Virus record (IMG/VR): IMGVR_UViG_3300004481_000389 | Strand: one strand, 5' to 3' | Length of the DNA: 64,000 bases | DNA from: a virus | In this document: positions 26,029 to 33,383 of the stretch, one piece after another | Layout of the letters: every line of letters starts with the position of its first letter | Numbering within the stretch: the stretch's first letter is position 1 | The notes under the pieces: generated by a model | Told to the model about the DNA's origin: nothing | The model's database searches: none | Seen by the model: only the letters and a program-made list of their open reading frames with translations | Position numbers and translations under genes: made by a program

Positions 26029-26916
26029 ATGTCTTTATTTGATAAGGCAGCATCGGCGGTCAGTTCAGCTAAATCAGCTGGTACCAGTTTTATTAAGGAC
26101 AAAATAAACGGGGTCGGCGGGGTGCGTGGTCTGGCCACACTGGGCATTAACTCACTGATCAATCAGGCCTCCGCTATGGTCCTGGGTCCTGGTCCCTGGG
26201 ATAACCTTAACCCCAACTTACTTGCGACCATTTATGAGGTGGACCATAACGGCCATATCATCCCTGGTACCGCAGTAATCCAGGCACCATTTTCAGAAGA
26301 TGTAACCATTGAAGCAAGCTTGAACTGGCAAAGTCCTTTTGAGGGGGCGGGCGCAGAAAGCAAGGCCCCGGCGCTTATGTCTATGCTGCAATCCGGCGCA
26401 TTCCAGCCACTTATTGACAGTATTGGCGGTAAAACTAAGGAGGTTTTGCAAAATACGGTAGATGAAGCCAGGGGAAGAACAGGTATTACCAAGTTGAACT
26501 CAACCCAGGTGTTTTCTGGTATGCCGCCTATGAAGATCCAGGGCAATCTGATATTGCGCGCTTGGGAAAATCCAGTAAAAGAGGTCGAAAATCCACTTGA
26601 TACTTTAATGAAGTGGTCATTGCCCTATTTCCTTGCGCCAGAAGGCACTTTGCTAAGTAATGCTGTGAATTTTGCTCAGGGAAATGGCAAGACTTTAATC
26701 GAGACAATCATGCCATCCGAAGCCCCGCCAATGGTTGCACTGACCTATAAGGGCCGTACTTATGGGCCGCTGGTGATTGAGAGTATTAACTTGCCGATAG
26801 GCAGTCCGGTTGATGTAAATGGTAACTTTACCAATATGTTGATCCCGGTGACATTCTCAACATTAACTGCAATCGATGGTAATGACTGGATGAAATACAG
26901 TACAGCAGGTTTTTAA
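26029..26916 (+). CDS. hypothetical virion-module protein
   Basis: 295-aa ORF with an AGGAGA RBS. Confidence 0.55.
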   Translation: MSLFDKAASAVSSAKSAGTSFIKDKINGVGGVRGLATLGINSLINQASAMVLGPGPWDNLNPNLLATIYEVDHNGHIIPGTAVIQAPFSEDVTIEASLNWQSPFEGAGAESKAPALMSMLQSGAFQPLIDSIGGKTKEVLQNTVDEARGRTGITKLNSTQVFSGMPPMKIQGNLILRAWENPVKEVENPLDTLMKWSLPYFLAPEGTLLSNAVNFAQGNGKTLIETIMPSEAPPMVALTYKGRTYGPLVIESINLPIGSPVDVNGNFTNMLIPVTFSTLTAIDGNDWMKYSTAGF

Positions 26917-27668
26917 TGTTATTTATCCCGGTTTTACGCACTGCACGTTTTACCCTGGCACTTAAAGAAATCGCCATGCTTAACGCTATTAAGCTGGCGA
27001 ATATGCCCGAAAGCCAGGCAGAGCAGCAAACGACCTTTTTGATTAACGCAATTACTGAAAATGTCGAAGGTCTTGAGAATCCGCTTCATTGGACGGTTCA
27101 AGAAAGAATGCTTTGTGTTGGTCACTATATTGCGGCCACACAGGATGAAAGCCCTGATTTTGCAATCGGTGAGGCTCGTTTCTCAAACTATCTTCAAGCC
27201 GAAAAGCAATACCAGCACGATATTTGTGATCTAGGTGAATATGAGGAAGATCATTGGACTGCAGTACCGTTACTGGGGGTGATGGCTGAAACCATTGAGC
27301 GCCTGGAAGGTGCCATCGAAGGCATTGAAAGCCGTACACACTGGTATTTAGGCTGCATGGCTTGTCAATTGATCCCGAACGGCGCAGCACTCGATTATGA
27401 AAGCCACAACTATGAAGCTCAGGTGCTTGAGCGCATGGTGGTGTTATCTCAAATACCTGAAACCAACTTTTTACACCTTATGGGTTTGCTGACCAAAGCA
27501 CACCAATATTTTAACCATATCTTTGATATTGCCATTACTGATGTTGGTATTGCTGTATTGCCGAGAGAGGGGGAGGCAGACTTGCCGTATGCCCGATTTC
27601 CAGCTCATACCGCAATCACAACAATATCGCAGCAGCTTAGTGGAAAATCTCACCTTTCTGGCTCATAA
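26916..27668 (+). CDS. hypothetical protein
   Basis: 250-aa ORF; ATG overlaps the upstream TAA. Confidence 0.5.
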   Translation: MLFIPVLRTARFTLALKEIAMLNAIKLANMPESQAEQQTTFLINAITENVEGLENPLHWTVQERMLCVGHYIAATQDESPDFAIGEARFSNYLQAEKQYQHDICDLGEYEEDHWTAVPLLGVMAETIERLEGAIEGIESRTHWYLGCMACQLIPNGAALDYESHNYEAQVLERMVVLSQIPETNFLHLMGLLTKAHQYFNHIFDIAITDVGIAVLPREGEADLPYARFPAHTAITTISQQLSGKSHLSGS

Positions 27669-27885
27669 CATCAGCATATATTCCAACACAAGTCTTATTG
27701 ATGCTTTCAACTTGACCGAATCCCAGGCCGACCAATTCTTAGAAGGGAAGGCATTTAAAGATTGGGTCAAAGTGAAGGAATCAGAGCAGAAGTTGCAAGC
27801 TGCTTTAGGTGATCGTATTAACGGCGTGATCCGAGCTTGTGGAGTAATTGTTAAGGCTGTTTCTAATCTATCAAAAGTCAGATAG
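27589..27885 (+). CDS. possible overlapping ORF (98 aa from the ATG)
   Basis: Fills the otherwise empty 27669-27905 gap. There is no in-frame ATG after 27668, so it must start inside the upstream gene in the +1 frame. Confidence 0.3.
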   Translation: MPDFQLIPQSQQYRSSLVENLTFLAHNISIYSNTSLIDAFNLTESQADQFLEGKAFKDWVKVKESEQKLQAALGDRINGVIRACGVIVKAVSNLSKVR

Positions 27886-27905
27886 AGCAGCATGTAGGTA
27901 TTGTT

Positions 27906-28325
27906 ATGACAGAGCCAGCAAGTGCATCTGGTTTGACTGTGGCGGCGGGAGTGGGTTTAGCCTCACTTCTACCGTTCGTCAACGGGGATGCTTTAATCGG
28001 GGCGGTTTTAGGGGCGGCTGTGGTGGCCATCCATACTAAAGACGCAGTTTGGTATTTAAAAATTGTGGGGTTATTCCTTTCAAGTCTATGTGGTTATTTC
28101 TTTGCGCCTGATGCCCAGGTGCTTATCAATGTCTTTCTCAGTAAATTCTTTGGATTTGAAATTAAGAGCATTGCAGTAGTTAGTTGCTTACTCGCAGTAG
28201 TAAGTGTTCCTTTCCTTAAAAAATTGTCTGATTGGGCTTATAGATTTGATTTAGCTGGCGCTATTGATAGCTATATCGAGAAACGTATGGCCGCCAAAAA
28301 AGACAAGGAACAAAAGGGGGAGTAA
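27906..28325 (+). CDS. holin-like membrane protein
   Basis: Multiple TM segments and a charged C-terminus (AAKKDKEQKGE). Lies immediately upstream of the endolysin cassette. Confidence 0.55.
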   Translation: MTEPASASGLTVAAGVGLASLLPFVNGDALIGAVLGAAVVAIHTKDAVWYLKIVGLFLSSLCGYFFAPDAQVLINVFLSKFFGFEIKSIAVVSCLLAVVSVPFLKKLSDWAYRFDLAGAIDSYIEKRMAAKKDKEQKGE

Positions 28326-28328
28326 ACA

Positions 28329-28625
28329 ATGATGGAATTTATCCCGTTATTTACTGCAATCTTGAAAGTCTGCATAGGCTTACGTGTTCTTGCTTTCACC
28401 TCTACTCATCACCGGATCAAGCGGATCTATTCAATCCTGGCAGTGGCCTTTGTGGGCTATTTCCTGGGGAGTGCTATTGCCATCCTGGTGAATGGCCAGC
28501 TTGTGACTGTTTCAGAGCTTATTGTCACCTTCATTTTGACGATCCTTGTCTTTATCGCACAAGGGAATGTGGCAGAGCTATTCCGTGGAATTACTAAATT
28601 ATTGGGGCGCAAAGATGAATATTGA
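28329..28625 (+). CDS. second small membrane protein (holin or antiholin candidate)
   Basis: 98 aa with three hydrophobic segments. Its stop overlaps the endolysin start. Confidence 0.5.
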   Translation: MMEFIPLFTAILKVCIGLRVLAFTSTHHRIKRIYSILAVAFVGYFLGSAIAILVNGQLVTVSELIVTFILTILVFIAQGNVAELFRGITKLLGRKDEY

Positions 28626-29160
28626 TAAGGCAATTGATGATCTTATTAAAATCGAAGGCGGTTATGTAAATAACCCTAAAGATCGTGGCGGTGAAACCAA
28701 TTTCGGTATTACTGTTCAAACGGCCCGTGACCATGGTTATAAGGGCGCAATGCGTGATCTACCTCTATCGGTTGCAAAAGCCATTTACCTAAAAACTTAC
28801 TGGACGGGTCCACGTTTCGACCAGGTGGCCAAGATCAGTCCAGGTATTGCCGAAGAACTATTTGATACAGGCGTGAATTGCGGTGTTGGCTTTGCTAAAC
28901 CTTTATTACAGCGTGTTTTGAATCTGCTTAATCAGCAACAAAAAGTCTATAAGGATCTAACGGTAGACGGCGTGTATGGTCCAAAAACTTTACAGGCCTT
29001 AGAGCTGACTTTAAGCAAACGTGGCCGTGATGGTGAGCTGGTAATTTTGCGAATGCTGAACAGCTTGCAAGGTGCGCGCTATATCGATCTAGCCGAAAAG
29101 CGGGAAAGCCAGGAAGAATTTATTTTCGGGTGGTTCCGTGCCAGGGTGGTAATGCCGTGA
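28615..29160 (+). CDS. endolysin, glycoside hydrolase family 108 N-terminal domain with a PG-binding C-terminal domain
   Basis: IEGGYVNNPKDRGGETNFGIT is the GH108 signature. VDGVYGPKTLQAL is a PG_binding-type motif. ATG at 28615. Confidence 0.85.
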   Translation: MNIDKAIDDLIKIEGGYVNNPKDRGGETNFGITVQTARDHGYKGAMRDLPLSVAKAIYLKTYWTGPRFDQVAKISPGIAEELFDTGVNCGVGFAKPLLQRVLNLLNQQQKVYKDLTVDGVYGPKTLQALELTLSKRGRDGELVILRMLNSLQGARYIDLAEKRESQEEFIFGWFRARVVMP

Positions 29161-29570
29161 TCAGAGCATTAATAGGCTCGTTATGCGCCGCTATTGTGGT
29201 GCTGGCTATTACTGCTATCTGTCTTTATGGGTGGGGTCAGAGAAACGCCAATCAGGCGCTTAAATCTGACCGCAGCCTTGAGATAGAAAAGGGCGTTTCT
29301 AGTGACTTACGTGTAAGCCTGGAAGTCGCCCAAAAATCAAATAGCGACCTGGTGGGCCAGCTGCAGCAAGAACGTGAATTGGTCCAGAAATACCAGGTAA
29401 AAACAGCCAGTTTAAATAAAGAACTTTTGTCGAAACAAGAAACTATCAGGATATTAGAACGTGAAGATAAAGCCTTTCATGATTGGAGTAACACTCCTTT
29501 GCCTATCAGTGCTATCGGGTTGTTCGCTACTGCCGGAAAAGGACCCGCCAATCGTGATAACCCGGACTGA
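29130..29570 (+). CDS. i-spanin (Rz-like)
   Basis: N-terminal TM segment IRALIGSLCAAIVVLAITAICLYGW followed by a coiled coil. The alternative GTG at 29157 overlaps the endolysin stop. Confidence 0.6.
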   Translation: MVPCQGGNAVIRALIGSLCAAIVVLAITAICLYGWGQRNANQALKSDRSLEIEKGVSSDLRVSLEVAQKSNSDLVGQLQQERELVQKYQVKTASLNKELLSKQETIRILEREDKAFHDWSNTPLPISAIGLFATAGKGPANRDNPD

Positions 29571-29757
29571 ATACATTACCTGTCCAATTATCTCAAGATG
29601 CGATAAAAATGACCCCGTAATGGCCGTAAATGGTGATTTATTGCAGGGTTATATTCTGGTGAAGCATGAGCGTGATCAATGTTCTCTATTGGTTGATCTA
29701 ATCGTGGATTGCCAGCTTGAACACAGGGTAGCCCAGAGTGCGAATGTGGAAAACTAG
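29461..29757 (+). CDS. o-spanin (Rz1-like lipoprotein), overlapping the i-spanin gene in another frame
   Basis: Signal peptide with lipobox MKIKPFMIGVTLLCLSVLSGC. Its start lies inside the i-spanin gene. Confidence 0.6.
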   Translation: MKIKPFMIGVTLLCLSVLSGCSLLPEKDPPIVITRTEYITCPIISRCDKNDPVMAVNGDLLQGYILVKHERDQCSLLVDLIVDCQLEHRVAQSANVEN

Positions 29758-29778
29758 AGCATGACCCTCCTTAAAAGG

Positions 29779-29817
29779 CAGTAATGATGTGCATAAGCAT
29801 CATTGCTGTTTTTTTTA
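29779..29817 (+). terminator. Rho-independent terminator after the lysis cassette
   Basis: 11-bp stem CAGTAATGATG/CATCATTGCTG followed by T9. Confidence 0.75.
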
Positions 29818-29833
29818 TTTAAGGTTGTTCAAC

Positions 29834-30334
29834 ATGACAGTTTCTACACCGCAGTATTTAAAGGGTTTTAGTGAATCCACTCGCGCCCTGGGTCGCAAGG
29901 CCATTAACTCCGACTTCACCATTGAGATTGAAGGTTATGAGGGCATGTTCCTTTTAACGAAACAATGCCCGTGGCCAGTGCTTACAACTGGTGGTGAAAT
30001 TGAAGTCCCGACCCCATTAGGCAGCACGGTATGGGAGGCTCAACAAGTCAAAACCGCTCAGCAGGGCGCTATTTCATTCCTGGAAACAGCAGCGGGCGAT
30101 ATTGATCAAATGTTGGTCGACCTCATCAAAGATGGTGGCTATTTCAATGCCAAAATTTATGAAGGTACACCGAAAAAGTACCTACGCTACAAGCGCATTG
30201 AAGATTGCTTTATCCAGCTGGACCCAGTGGACCGTGACTGGGAAAACCGTTCTCAAGTCTTAACCTTCTCAGGCACGATGTTCTATCACTACTACGGTGA
30301 TGTAACAGAGGGCAATTCTAAGGATTACCGCTAA
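29834..30334 (+). CDS. possible tail tube protein (call by size and position only)
   Basis: 166 aa from ATG 29834. First gene after the terminator, ahead of the baseplate genes. Confidence 0.4.
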   Translation: MTVSTPQYLKGFSESTRALGRKAINSDFTIEIEGYEGMFLLTKQCPWPVLTTGGEIEVPTPLGSTVWEAQQVKTAQQGAISFLETAAGDIDQMLVDLIKDGGYFNAKIYEGTPKKYLRYKRIEDCFIQLDPVDRDWENRSQVLTFSGTMFYHYYGDVTEGNSKDYR

Positions 30335-30337
30335 TCC

Positions 30338-30787
30338 ATGAAGCTAAATGACATTGTTAAACAGTTTCTCCAAGAGGAACGAAGTGTAGCGGTGTTGTTA
30401 GATGAAACCCAAGTAGAAGCTTTGGCAAGATCAGCTGTGAGCTTCTACTGTGGTTATGCGGATCTAGCATCTTGTCCGAATACCTCGCTTGCCGATATTA
30501 CCGAGACTACTGAACTATCTATCTCAGAATGGGCGGTGATTAAGCCGCTATTTCTGCTCTATGTTGAGCGTGAAACCGCTTTGCAAACAGAGGCTACAGG
30601 GATGCAGGGCGTGGCGGGTTATGGTCGCAATAGCTCAGAGGTAAACGGCGAGATTGCTAACTATGAACGTGAATTACCACAAAAGGCTTCATCTAGTGCT
30701 GCATTCACCATAGGCGGTGATGAGGCGGCTAATCCCGATTCAGTCAATGCTTATTTTCCATTTGGTTTTAATTACCCGATCTACTAA
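30338..30787 (+). CDS. hypothetical tail-module protein
   Basis: 149-aa ORF. Confidence 0.5.
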   Translation: MKLNDIVKQFLQEERSVAVLLDETQVEALARSAVSFYCGYADLASCPNTSLADITETTELSISEWAVIKPLFLLYVERETALQTEATGMQGVAGYGRNSSEVNGEIANYERELPQKASSSAAFTIGGDEAANPDSVNAYFPFGFNYPIY

Positions 30788-30795
30788 GGCTGATT

Positions 30796-31698
30796 ATGCA
30801 AATTTTTTATGATGATGGCGGTGAAAAGCAGCTAGTCGATGGTCAATTTTTAAAGAGCTTTGTTCTTAGAAATGACTTGGTGCCAATACCTGTCACTTTG
30901 GAGGCCGAAATTCGTGCAGAAGATGAAGTATTGCCGTTTTTTGAGCAAGGCAAAAAAGTCTACACGGCCAATGGTGATGAGTTCATTATTTTAAAAAGTG
31001 AGCCAATCAGCTCAGGTCGGGTCCAGGGCGGGAACATAGCACAGGTGGTAAAAATTATTGCTGTGCTAAGTTCCCTGACCAACGCCTGTTATGTCAAAGA
31101 GAAATCTATTTATAAAAAGAATACGACCCTAGCTGATATTTATCGCGCCCTGGGCTGTAAAGCAGATTCAATTCAGGGTGACTTAACCGTTCCCTTATTT
31201 AACTGCATGGCTGGGGACAGTCCTAGCTATCAGATCGCCGTCATTTTGCAAGAAAGCGCGGGTGTAATGCGCTGGCGTGATGGTCAATTGTCCTTTATGC
31301 GCCTGGATGACTTATTCAGGCAAGAGGCGATTACAGACGTACCTATTACGGCGGCTGAAACCGTGCAAAGTGGCTTTTTGGAACGTCATGAAATCCCGAC
31401 TTTTTACAGTGTGGATGATAACGGTGAATTTATCTATGGCAACAAAGACAAGGCCAGAACGGCGCGTTTTGTGCCGAATAAGGACGCATTAACCCTTAAA
31501 AATATGAGTACCTGTTTAATCCTAAAACAGATCTCAAGAATCTCATACAACGACAACATTGTGGCGGGTGATCTTATCCAGGTCAGCGCAGATGAAAAGC
31601 TGATAGTGATTACTGCAGCACACGTGTTTAGTGGTGGTATCGATGGTGATCCGGCACGGCAATATACAAAGCTTTGGCTTGGAGAGCTGCATAAATGA
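30796..31698 (+). CDS. hypothetical baseplate-module protein
   Basis: 300-aa ORF coupled (ATGA) to the spike gene. Confidence 0.5.
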   Translation: MQIFYDDGGEKQLVDGQFLKSFVLRNDLVPIPVTLEAEIRAEDEVLPFFEQGKKVYTANGDEFIILKSEPISSGRVQGGNIAQVVKIIAVLSSLTNACYVKEKSIYKKNTTLADIYRALGCKADSIQGDLTVPLFNCMAGDSPSYQIAVILQESAGVMRWRDGQLSFMRLDDLFRQEAITDVPITAAETVQSGFLERHEIPTFYSVDDNGEFIYGNKDKARTARFVPNKDALTLKNMSTCLILKQISRISYNDNIVAGDLIQVSADEKLIVITAAHVFSGGIDGDPARQYTKLWLGELHK

Positions 31699-32246
31699 GC
31701 CAAAAATCAGGAAGTAACGGGCTGGTATTTGGCAAGTTTCCCGCTGTCATTACAAAGTACGACCCAGGTAGTCGAGAGTGCATGATTAAAACCCCGGTTG
31801 GGGATGAAGTCGATGCCGAAATCGAGTACCCGATTGGGGATAAATCCGCAAATGGTTATGTGACTGAAATTGAAATTTTACCAGGTGACAAGGTTTGGTG
31901 TGAGTTCATTCAAGGAGATACCCGGCGGGCTTTAATCACGGGATGGAGAAATCCAAAAACAGGAAATTCTAGCGGTACTAGGCGCTGGCACCATGCCAAT
32001 ATTGAGCTAGTGGCTGATTCAACAATAAACCTAATAGTGGGAGGCAGTACCATAAAAATTGACCCAAGTACGATTGCGCTTGTAGCGGCCGCAATTTCTA
32101 CCCAGGGGGCTTTTTCTGGTACTGGCAATATGTCTATTCAAGGTGCTGTTGAATCATCGGATGATGTAGTAGCGGGTGGTGTCAGTGTTCAGGGTCATAA
32201 GCACTTTGTACCTAAAGAGGGTGCGGATTCTGAGGCTGCTAAATAG
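31695..32246 (+). CDS. baseplate spike / assembly protein V-like
   Basis: OB-fold-like N-terminus ending LPGDKVWCEFIQGDTRRALITGW. C-terminal GGVSVQGHKHF resembles an HxH apex motif. Confidence 0.65.
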   Translation: MSQKSGSNGLVFGKFPAVITKYDPGSRECMIKTPVGDEVDAEIEYPIGDKSANGYVTEIEILPGDKVWCEFIQGDTRRALITGWRNPKTGNSSGTRRWHHANIELVADSTINLIVGGSTIKIDPSTIALVAAAISTQGAFSGTGNMSIQGAVESSDDVVAGGVSVQGHKHFVPKEGADSEAAK

Positions 32247-32254
32247 GTGGTATT

Positions 32255-33280
32255 GTGAGTAAAAATATAGTTTTTAATTTTGATGAAATCAGCAACAAGG
32301 ATAAGGCCACTAAAGCCGTTTCCAACGCATTTAAAAAGGCCGGGGCTGCAATTGCCCAAGTAGACGTATCGCCTAGCGTAAAACGCACATCAGGGATCAG
32401 TTACCGTGAGCTAAGCATTACATTTGCGGATTCCCAGGTGATTGTTTTCCGTATTAAGCAATCTGGTGATATTTACCAGGCTTTGTTAAATGGCAAAGTG
32501 CGCCCAATTACCAATCAGGATGACCATACAGCAGCAATTACCGAGCTGGCTAAGGCCATGGAATCAGGCCGTTCGGCATTCCAGGCAAAGCTGGCCAAAG
32601 CAAAGTTAAAGTTACCAAATGGTATTAAAACCACGGTGCCAAATAAGGAAAAATTGCTGATTGAAAAGCGTGATTCTTTAAAGGAGGCGGTAGCAGCTGC
32701 AGAGCAAGAGCTTAATCAGATCAAAGCTGAAATTGCCAAGTCTGCAACACTGGATTCTGTAACGCTCGATGCGGCTAATGATCCTTTCACGGAATTTGAT
32801 CAACAAGCCCATGAAGCAGCCACTTCACCTTATAGCCGCACACCAGCACCAGCCTGGGATGATCTAATCGCGGGCAATTATAAAAAGGGTGCAATGACCA
32901 TTGCCGGGATGAATATTTCTATTGAAAACCCGGCTGAATCTATCCGTCAGGGTCAAGATTCAAACGGCGAAAAATGGAAAATCACAATGAAGCATCACTA
33001 TGGCTATTTTGATGGCTCGATGGGTGCGGATGGTGATGAACTGGATGTTTTTGTTAAAAACAATCTGGAAGTAGCGCCGGATCATGCCTATATCATTAGC
33101 CAGGTGGATCTTGACGGATCTTTTGATGAACACAAGGTTGTCATTGGTGCCGAAAGTGAAGATGAAGCAAAGGAAATCTATCACTCAAACTACAAAGCCG
33201 GATGGGATGGTTTTGGCAGTATCGAACGTGTGACCATGGATGAATTAAAGGGCCGAATGCAGTACCAAGCAGCAGCTTAA
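32255..33280 (+). CDS. protein with a C-terminal family-I inorganic-pyrophosphatase-like domain
   Basis: HHYGYFDGSMGADGDELDVFV. DGDELDV fits the PPase signature D-[SGDN]-D-[PE]-[LIVMF]-D-[LIVMGAC] as I recall it, and YGY precedes it as in PPases. Confidence 0.6.
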   Translation: MSKNIVFNFDEISNKDKATKAVSNAFKKAGAAIAQVDVSPSVKRTSGISYRELSITFADSQVIVFRIKQSGDIYQALLNGKVRPITNQDDHTAAITELAKAMESGRSAFQAKLAKAKLKLPNGIKTTVPNKEKLLIEKRDSLKEAVAAAEQELNQIKAEIAKSATLDSVTLDAANDPFTEFDQQAHEAATSPYSRTPAPAWDDLIAGNYKKGAMTIAGMNISIENPAESIRQGQDSNGEKWKITMKHHYGYFDGSMGADGDELDVFVKNNLEVAPDHAYIISQVDLDGSFDEHKVVIGAESEDEAKEIYHSNYKAGWDGFGSIERVTMDELKGRMQYQAAA

Positions 33281-33292
33281 ACAGCTTTCAGG

Positions 33293-33319
33293 AAAACGGG
33301 CAATTTAGCCCGTTTTTTT
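33293..33319 (+). terminator. Rho-independent terminator
   Basis: AAAACGGG-caatttag-CCCGTTTT within a T7 run. Confidence 0.7.
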
Positions 33320-33383
33320 GTCTCTAATATTGTTGATTAAGTGAGGTGAAAGCCTTGTAAATTAACTATGTTAAGAGGTCTTT

